From Alphaproteobacteria bacterium (lineage in GTDB: Bacteria > Pseudomonadota > Alphaproteobacteria > Rs-D84): 20,782 nucleotides of DNA. The stretch is taken from the NCBI GenBank assembly GCA_031549365.1, contig JAVBPX010000012.1, forward strand, positions 1-20,782, given 5' to 3'. The stretch's first letter is position 1, and every line of letters starts with the position of its first letter. Under the pieces are notes generated by a model, which worked only from the letters and a program-made list of their open reading frames with translations, was not told the DNA's origin and ran no database searches. Below, piece by piece: positions 8,744 to 15,392 of the stretch. A program made the translations under genes and the position numbers.

Positions 8744-9336
8744 GTCCATCCCATGGCATAGCCCAGAGGATCCAGTAATAAACCCATTGCAACGCAATGT
8801 AATTGTCATTGCGAGCGCAGCGCGGCAATCTCATCCGCATAATACCCCATCATCCCTGGGGGCGAGGCAACGAAACCCGACAATTATTTGTCGCTGGTTG
8901 AGTGGTGCAGGGGAAAATAAAAACACTACCCATCTCGCCCCAACGGGGAGAGATAATAAAACATATGATCTTTGATCATCATGTTTTATAGAGAGGGGGA
9001 AATAAAAACAATAACCACAATTAAACCATCCCAAACCCTTGGTCATCCGGATCGCGTAGCCGAAAAAACCATTGCAACGCAATGTATATAGATCACAACA
9101 ATATTAAAAACCTCGCCCCTGGTGGGCGAGGCAACGAAACCCGACAATTATTTGTCGCTGGCTGAGTGGTGCAGGGGAAAATAAAAACACTACCCATCTC
9201 GCCCCTCCGGGGAGAGATAATAAAACATATGATCTTCGATCATCGTGTTTTATAGAGAGGGGGAAATAAAAACAATAACCACAATTAAACCATCCCAAAC
9301 CCTTGGTCATCCTGAGCGTAGCGAGAGGATCCAGTA
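8744..9336 (+). repeat. REP-like composite mosaic with ~264 bp tandem unit
   Basis: 8860-9048 is near-identical to 9124-9312. Modules GTCATTGCGAGCGCAGCGCGGCAATC (8805-8830), GTCATCC..GGATCCAG (9306-9334), CCTCGCCC..GGGCGAGG and CTCGCCCC..GGGGAGAG with inner hairpins. Confidence 0.92.
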
Positions 9337-9458
9337 AAACAAACGTTGCGACAGCAACTAAAATATTGACATGTCATCTCTCTGAATCACAACTCCGCAC
9401 CAATCCAAACAACACAAATAAAAATGCCCAGACATTCATCAGGACATAAACACAATCA

Positions 9459-9584
9459 AAACCATTCAAAACGTGCTGAATGGTCGTGTTTCCGAAATTT
9501 TTTGACCGCGCGCCAGCGTACGTATTGGTACGTGCCGCGGCAAAAAATGAGAAACGCGCCCAGACGGCGCGTTTTCAATGGTTT
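9459..9584. repeat. Palindromic element E2 (RPE-like), overlapping the OMP stop codon
   Basis: Terminal inverted repeat aaaccattCaaaacgtgc / gcgcgttttCaatggttt; apical cgtac-N6-gtacg. Confidence 0.85.
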
Positions 9585-10518
9585 AGAATCTAACTCTTAA
9601 TCCCATCATAAACATATTCGTATCATTCGTTTTCATGCTATAAAAATCCGAAGTATACTTTGGCAAATAAATGTATGAATGTTCAACATATACACCCAAA
9701 TATTTTGTGATGTCATATTCAAATCCCAAAATGGATTTTGCTGAAAATCCTGTTTTATCGGCGTATCCTGCTTCCCAATTTGCGACACCCAAACCAGCAC
9801 CCAAACGTAATGACAAATCGTCAATTACATATAAACCCCATACGAATTGTGCATATGCACCAAACAATGACGCATCTGCTTTTGAATCCTGAATATCAGC
9901 ACTTGCCTGATTCAACATCAATTCAAAATCATAATACCACAATTTTTCACCCAAAATATTGTCTTGGTACAATCTTGTTCCAATACCAGCATGAAAACCC
10001 AATTCTGGTTCAGCACGCAATCTTGTTTTTGTATCTCCAACTTCCTGGCTGAATGATCCTGTTGTTGTGGACAAACCGCCACGCACAAAAAATTTGCTGT
10101 ACAAATCTTTCCAACATGGATTTTTTTCGGATCCACACGTTGGTGCTTTTTCTTTAACAAGAACTGGTTTTGTAACAACTGGTTCTTTAACATAAACCAC
10201 TTTTGGTTCAACAACTGGCTGTGGTTGAACATAAACGATTTCTGGTTCAACTACACGTTCCACAGGTTTTACATAAATAACTTTCTTCGTAACAGGTTTT
10301 GAATAAACAACACGTGTTTCTGGTTTTGCATAAACAATGCGTGTTTCTGGTTGTGTTGAACGAACGCGCTTTGTATATGTTGATCCGTTAACGATATATT
10401 TACCGCCATTGAAATAATCAACCGATTCGTTTCCGCAACCATTGCATGCAACCGCGACATTCATGGCGGAAACGCTGCAAATCGCGCTAATTGCTAATGT
10501 TTTCAATATTTTTTTCAT
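9583..10518 (-). CDS. Outer-membrane beta-barrel protein with Pro/Val/Lys-rich N-terminal stalk
   Basis: Signal peptide, repeated (V/I)(V/I)Y-x-(K/Q)-(P/E) units, amphipathic strands (LGAGLGVA, LGFEYDI, LGVYVEHSY), terminal MGLRVRF; GGGAG RBS. Confidence 0.85.
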   Translation of the reverse strand: MKKILKTLAISAICSVSAMNVAVACNGCGNESVDYFNGGKYIVNGSTYTKRVRSTQPETRIVYAKPETRVVYSKPVTKKVIYVKPVERVVEPEIVYVQPQPVVEPKVVYVKEPVVTKPVLVKEKAPTCGSEKNPCWKDLYSKFFVRGGLSTTTGSFSQEVGDTKTRLRAEPELGFHAGIGTRLYQDNILGEKLWYYDFELMLNQASADIQDSKADASLFGAYAQFVWGLYVIDDLSLRLGAGLGVANWEAGYADKTGFSAKSILGFEYDITKYLGVYVEHSYIYLPKYTSDFYSMKTNDTNMFMMGLRVRF

Positions 10519-10566
10519 AATAAACTCCCTTAACTGATTGTGGGATTTCTCCCGTTGTCAATATTC

Positions 10567-10594
10567 AGATTAAACGATAATTCTCGTTTGTCAA
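10567..10594 (-). promoter_or_regulatory. Putative promoter of the OMP gene with palindromic spacer
   Basis: TTGACA, 16 nt, TAATCT; palindrome aaacga-gaatta-tcgttt (10572-10589); 5' UTR hairpin ggga-GAAA-tccc. Confidence 0.55.
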
Positions 10595-10793
10595 GAACTT
10601 TTAAAAACAAATAATAACAAACTGTCTCGCATACAAATATTTTCCACACCGGACTTAAACAACCTCCATTGCCCCGGCACAGTCTTTGCCCACTTAACGA
10701 ACCTCATTAAATTTATTCCTACATTTTATTTTGAAAAATAAAATACTCGGCAATTCCGCCGGATTAAACACTCCCTTTAAGCACAAAAATTTA

Positions 10794-10845
10794 AAAAACG
10801 TTCAGAATGTGATGAATGTAAAGAAACGCCCAATTTTTCAAGCCC
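10794..10845. repeat. Probable left-arm remnant of the palindromic element family
   Basis: aaaacgttcagaatgtgatgaatgtaaagaa..aattttt..gccc resembles the left arms of E1 and E4; no right arm. Confidence 0.45.
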
Positions 10846-10858
10846 AACCTCGTCCTAC

Positions 10859-10988
10859 AAAAAATAATCAAAACGTAGTAGGCACAAAGAATTTATCCCA
10901 TTTTTAGGACCGCGGTGTACATAGTGGTACATAAGGTTCTAAAAATGGGATGAACTTGTTCATAGATGATGCGTTTTGATTATTTTTT
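10859..10988. repeat. Palindromic element E3 (RPE-like), covering the lipoprotein stop and last codons
   Basis: aaaaaataatcaaaacgta / tgcgttttgattatttttt; inner tttatcccatttttaggacc / ggttctaaaaatgggatgaa; apical tgtac-N6-gtaca. Confidence 0.85.
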
Positions 10989-11345
10989 CACAGATGGCAT
11001 GATTTGTCCGGGCGCAACCGCCAATTTCGAACAATCATAAACATTCGCATTTAAAACATAGGCGCGTTCTGGCCCCAATATTGCCCATTCATTTGGACGT
11101 GTACGTTGTGCAACAATCCAATATGTGTCGCCTGGGTTTGTTTGATTTATAATTTTATTTTCCAAATAACGTTTGGCATCTGTCGAATCATAAACAGAAA
11201 CCTCGGTCTCGATTGAATATAAAAACAAACAGTTTAATGGCTCTCCATCAACCTGATTTAATGTTTCGCTACCATTTTCATTTTTAATTTGCCCCATACA
11301 TGCGGTCAATACCGCAACCATGGATAACGTAATTATTTTTTTCAT
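10980..11345 (-). CDS. Putative lipoprotein (possibly DUF4156-like)
   Basis: AAGGAG 7 nt before ATG 11345; MKKIITLSMVAVLTAC lipobox; paired Cys (NCLFL...VYDC). Confidence 0.8.
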   Translation of the reverse strand: MKKIITLSMVAVLTACMGQIKNENGSETLNQVDGEPLNCLFLYSIETEVSVYDSTDAKRYLENKIINQTNPGDTYWIVAQRTRPNEWAILGPERAYVLNANVYDCSKLAVAPGQIMPSVKK

Positions 11346-11357
11346 GAACATTCTCCT

Positions 11358-12218
11358 TTATTCGACAATTTCATAATTTGATGAATCTTCAAACAATTTT
11401 TTCAAGACTTCGTTATTCAAAGCATGCGATCCTTTGTAACTCTCAACTTTGGCATCCATGAAATACCCGGATGTCAACATATCTCCAACCACATCAATGA
11501 TTTTATGTCGAACAAATTCATCCTTGTAACGCAACCCCCAAGGCTCAGGATTAATAACTTTTTCATCATCAATCGCAATAACATTTGTTTCGTTTGCACC
11601 ACGTGCCATGCCCATTTTTTTCAATTGTTCAAATTCGTCAAAACGTCCAAACGTACGACAATTTGAAATGGCCTCAAAACTTTCTTTATCAATATGTGTT
11701 TCGAACGATTGATCTCCAATTAATGGAAAAGGATAAATCAATCGCGCCATAACATCCAAACCATTTTCATTTGGTAATAATTTAACATACGAATCGCCTG
11801 CCGCAACCATAACTTCTTTCAACACTCTTAATCGCTTGCGCTCTGCTTTTTGCTCAACAGCTTCTGCCTCTTCCAGCATTTCGACAAAACTTTCTGCACA
11901 TCCATCCATAATTGGTGTTTCTGGTCCATCAATTTCAATCGTTGCATTATCAATTCCGACAACATATAACGCAGCCATAATATGCTCTATCGTTTGAACA
12001 TGTTCGCCCTTTAAATCTCCAATAGTAGTGTTTCGCAAATGAGTCCCACCAACATTGTCATATATCGCAGGAATTGGCATTCCATTCATATCCACGCGAT
12101 GAAATATAATCCCATGATTTGCATCGGATGGATTAATAACCATCGTAACATCCGCACCCGAATGCAACGCAACACCTTTGATAACTACTGGTTCTTTTAA
12201 TGTTCTCTGCTTAACCAT
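11358..12218 (-). CDS. lpxC: UDP-3-O-acyl-GlcNAc deacetylase
   Basis: QRTLK, GVALHSG, TIEHIMAAL, EFVRHKIIDVVGD and GSHALN motifs. Confidence 0.96.
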   Translation of the reverse strand: MVKQRTLKEPVVIKGVALHSGADVTMVINPSDANHGIIFHRVDMNGMPIPAIYDNVGGTHLRNTTIGDLKGEHVQTIEHIMAALYVVGIDNATIEIDGPETPIMDGCAESFVEMLEEAEAVEQKAERKRLRVLKEVMVAAGDSYVKLLPNENGLDVMARLIYPFPLIGDQSFETHIDKESFEAISNCRTFGRFDEFEQLKKMGMARGANETNVIAIDDEKVINPEPWGLRYKDEFVRHKIIDVVGDMLTSGYFMDAKVESYKGSHALNNEVLKKLFEDSSNYEIVE

Positions 12219-13347
12219 TTTTTAAAATCCTTTTTCCCCATCTTGTGTGCATCCATAACCATTCGCTTGGGTTTTTTCGAATGACCTGTTCCATAATATC
12301 GTTTACTTCCTGCATTCCGTTAATTTCATCACGTACCGCATCATCGGTGTGTGGAACTTTAACAATCTTATCAAATACAATCTTGTGATAAACTCCGTGC
12401 GTACGCTCAACATGGGCCACCAAAATATCGCAATTAAATTTTCGTGCTAATCTTGTAATGCCGGTCGAAGTCATAGCGGGTTTACCAAAAAACGTTAACT
12501 TTTCGCCTTCATCCGCACGATGATCAGGCGTAATCGCAACAACCCCACCATCCTGTAAACGACGTATAATCATGCGAGCCTGTCCCTTTGGAATAAATTC
12601 AATCTTGGCCAAACCGTCGCCAAAATTTTCCTGCAAAGCTTTGTCCATCAACGGATTATTTGGGAATCTATAAACAATGCCAGACGTCTTTTGAAACTTC
12701 TGAAATGGAATTGCAAACAAACCCATATAACCATTGTGCATCATAGCAACAAAATAAGGAGCACTCTTATTCGCTTCATCCAACAATTTTTTATTTTCAT
12801 ATTTTATATACTTATCTTGATGCTTCATGTACGTTCTGGAATGTAAACCTTCGCCAAATGCACGGCCCCAGTTTTCCCACAAATTTCCTAAAAATTCTTT
12901 GTTGTTTAATTCTGGCATAACATACTCTAAATTTCTCTGTGCAATTTTGTTTGCATTTGCCAGCGGGGCCAAATATCTCATAATCTTTCCAAAAAACCAA
13001 CTGGTCCAAGTTAATGGCAACAACTTAAAAAATCCTGCAAAAACTTTGTATCCAATAAATTCCATTGGATGCATGAACCACTTTTTAAACCAAGTCCTTC
13101 TATGCTTTTCCAAATAAATTCGTTCTGGAATAATGGCAGCCCAAACACCAAAACAAATATACATGACTGCTATTGCTAAAACAATTTTATGCGGGATTGG
13201 AAAAACATAGTCCAAAAAAAACAGAGCCCAAAACGCCAAATCCATCAAAACAATGCGCCTATCTTTTGCAATCATAATCCACAGAGAAACACCCATAGCC
13301 GCCCAAGGCGCAGTTCTCAACAAAAACATAAAAATCACTGAAATCAT
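12211..13347 (-). CDS. lpxL: Lipid A late acyltransferase (LpxL/HtrB family) with N-terminal membrane extension
   Basis: IAQRNL, YRFPNNP, PDH, FFGKPA and PSEWLWMHTRW motifs; follows lpxK. Confidence 0.82.
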   Translation of the reverse strand: MISVIFMFLLRTAPWAAMGVSLWIMIAKDRRIVLMDLAFWALFFLDYVFPIPHKIVLAIAVMYICFGVWAAIIPERIYLEKHRRTWFKKWFMHPMEFIGYKVFAGFFKLLPLTWTSWFFGKIMRYLAPLANANKIAQRNLEYVMPELNNKEFLGNLWENWGRAFGEGLHSRTYMKHQDKYIKYENKKLLDEANKSAPYFVAMMHNGYMGLFAIPFQKFQKTSGIVYRFPNNPLMDKALQENFGDGLAKIEFIPKGQARMIIRRLQDGGVVAITPDHRADEGEKLTFFGKPAMTSTGITRLARKFNCDILVAHVERTHGVYHKIVFDKIVKVPHTDDAVRDEINGMQEVNDIMEQVIRKNPSEWLWMHTRWGKRILKNG

Positions 13348-14291
13348 TTTAAAATCCTATCATCTAACCAAATATAAAATTTATCTTCCAAAATCATTTC
13401 CATCGGGACCATAGTAATTCGCGACTGCCACTCTGGCGACAAACGAACCCAATCCTTTTCGGTTGTAACCAATTCCGCTCCTTGTTCCTTTGCGACCATT
13501 TCCAATGATAACAATTCTGAATCTTTAAACAAATGATGATCCGGAAATCCACGTGTGGTCAAACTGTTAATTTTTTTGGAATCCAACGCGCGAAAAAACT
13601 TATTCGGATATCCAATCCCAGCAAACGCAACCACCGCTCCGGACAATCCTGGATCATCTAATTTCGGAGCCCCCATAAACACAGGTATTTTTTTAATTCT
13701 CTGAATTTGTTTTTTCAAACCATGGCGATCTCGCCCAACTATGATAACGGCATCCGCACGTGAAATTCCATCACTCAACGGCTCGCGCAATGGCCCTGCT
13801 GGCAGCATAAATCCATTCCCCAATCCCATATTTCCATCGAATACCAAAATGGACACATCTTTGTATAATCCAGGATTTTGAAAACCATCATCCATAACAA
13901 TAACCTTGGCGCCACAATTTTTCGCCATTTTCGCGGCTTCTTTTTTAGATCGTCCAACAAATACAGATAACGTACTTGATAACATCTTGGCCTCATCCGA
14001 AGCCTCATCCGCAGTATGATACTGTTCAACTCGACCTGAAATTTTTGCACGATACCCACACGCAACCACAGCAGACCCATAAACATATTTTGAAATTGCC
14101 CGCACAATCGGTGTTTTTCCAACACCTCCTGCAAAAATATTTCCAACACAAATTATTGGAATATTAACACGCTCCATATTTTTTGACTTGGACCAAAAAA
14201 CGATCCTGTGCCCGATATAATATAATATTGAAAACGGCAGCAAGGCCCATGCTTTCAAGGAACGATGTAAAAACCAACTTGGTGTTTTCAT
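13344..14291 (-). CDS. lpxK: Tetraacyldisaccharide 4'-kinase
   Basis: PIICVGNIFAGGVGKTP, VMDDGFQN, LPAGPLREP, FAGIG, FPDHH and TTEKDWVRL motifs. Confidence 0.96.
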   Translation of the reverse strand: MKTPSWFLHRSLKAWALLPFSILYYIGHRIVFWSKSKNMERVNIPIICVGNIFAGGVGKTPIVRAISKYVYGSAVVACGYRAKISGRVEQYHTADEASDEAKMLSSTLSVFVGRSKKEAAKMAKNCGAKVIVMDDGFQNPGLYKDVSILVFDGNMGLGNGFMLPAGPLREPLSDGISRADAVIIVGRDRHGLKKQIQRIKKIPVFMGAPKLDDPGLSGAVVAFAGIGYPNKFFRALDSKKINSLTTRGFPDHHLFKDSELLSLEMVAKEQGAELVTTEKDWVRLSPEWQSRITMVPMEMILEDKFYIWLDDRILK

Positions 14292-15046
14292 TACAAACTC
14301 CTAATCCTCTTGGCGCCAACAGCCGCAGGCTCAATTTTTTCCAACCCGCACTCGGCATCCAAATCCTGCATTTGTTTGATCATATCCGCTTCCAGTTTAT
14401 CATGCAGTTTTTTAATATCCTCTTCGGATACAGAACGATCAACAAACAACGGCGGCAACGCGCGATAAATTAATTTGGAAAACGGCTTTGCAATTAAATA
14501 TCTATCCCATGCCCGCTTCATTTGATTTCCGCGAGTCCCAGAATACGAAACGGCCACAATAGGCGCCCCAGTAATCTTTGCAAAATAAAAAATACTATCG
14601 GACAAACGCATGCGTGGTCCTTTTGGTCCATCGGGCGTCAAACACAGGGTTTCACCCTCGCGCAGAGCCCTAATACCTTGTTTTAACGCATCCAACCCAC
14701 CCTCGGTCGACGAACCATAAATTGGTTTTAATCCAAATAACTTCTGAACCTTTGCCATCAACTGCCCATCTCGATGCTTTGACGCCATGGCATAGCCATA
14801 AAAACCAAACTTAACAACAATCGGGGATAACATCATGGATCTCGAATGCCAAAAAATAATAATTAATGGCTTTCCTTTAAAATCACGAACATAATCCGCG
14901 CCTCGAAATTCTTTTTTGCTTGTATAATAAACCAACCAAATCGCGACATACATAAATGACGCAATAATCCACTGAACGAATGACAATGACGCAACCCGCT
15001 TCATTAACCTAGTCAATGGTTTAAATTTTCTTTTTTTCTTTACCAT
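14291..15046 (-). CDS. DUF374 / lysophospholipid acyltransferase family protein
   Basis: FWH, ASKHRDG, GSSTEGG, TPDGPKGP and WDRYLIAKPF motifs. Start set at ATG 15046 (MVKKKRK), downstream of the -10 box. Confidence 0.88.
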   Translation of the reverse strand: MVKKKRKFKPLTRLMKRVASLSFVQWIIASFMYVAIWLVYYTSKKEFRGADYVRDFKGKPLIIIFWHSRSMMLSPIVVKFGFYGYAMASKHRDGQLMAKVQKLFGLKPIYGSSTEGGLDALKQGIRALREGETLCLTPDGPKGPRMRLSDSIFYFAKITGAPIVAVSYSGTRGNQMKRAWDRYLIAKPFSKLIYRALPPLFVDRSVSEEDIKKLHDKLEADMIKQMQDLDAECGLEKIEPAAVGAKRIRSL

Positions 15047-15052
15047 GCGCCT

Positions 15053-15061
15053 ATTATACCA
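15053..15061 (-). promoter_or_regulatory. Extended -10 promoter implying a leaderless DUF374-lpxK-lpxL-lpxC transcript
   Basis: TGgTATAAT ending 6 nt before ATG 15046; no SD. Confidence 0.6.
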
Positions 15062-15152
15062 ACAATTTTGCAATTTTCCACAAAATCCTGTCCTGGGACA
15101 AACCAACATCCCAATAACCAAAAAAAATCGCGTCAGAATCACACATACACAG

Positions 15153-15278
15153 AAAACATTTCAAAATGCGATGATTGGATGGGTTCTTTTTATTTCCGAG
15201 GGGCCGAGCATATATAAACATACGTAATGTTCCCGATGGAAATGAAAAAACGCGCCCAAGGGCGCATTTTCGACTATG
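15153..15278. repeat. Palindromic element E4 (RPE-like), right end disrupted
   Basis: aaaacatttCaaaatgcg-atga-ttgg ... ccaa-ggg-cgcattttC; same ATGA/GGG internal loop as E1; degenerate apical hairpin. Confidence 0.75.
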
Positions 15279-15384
15279 CCAAATCTGAATTAACGCTTGC
15301 GCCGCTTGCCCGTCGGTAACTACCGGGAACTCATAAATTTTTATCATTGCCATTCAAAAATTAATTCATTCCGGGGTCGGTTTC
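15272..15384 (-). repeat. Structured motif B, copy 3
   Basis: Minus strand gaaaccgaccccggaat..aattttt/aaaaatt..ttcccggtagttaccgacgggcaa; begins 8 nt after the bamA stop. Confidence 0.8.
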
Positions 15385-15392
15385 ACGCGATT

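Noticed and set aside
8700-9310. ORFs 8700-8975, 8831-9082 and 9104-9310 (and 20268-20615)
   Set aside because: These are translations of the REP-like mosaic, with no RBS or protein-like motifs.
15054-15353. 99-aa ORF MAMIKIYEFPVVTDGQ...
   Set aside because: It is made of motif B and palindrome E4. The homologous copy at 165-277 has indels and an in-frame stop, so conservation looks structural rather than coding.
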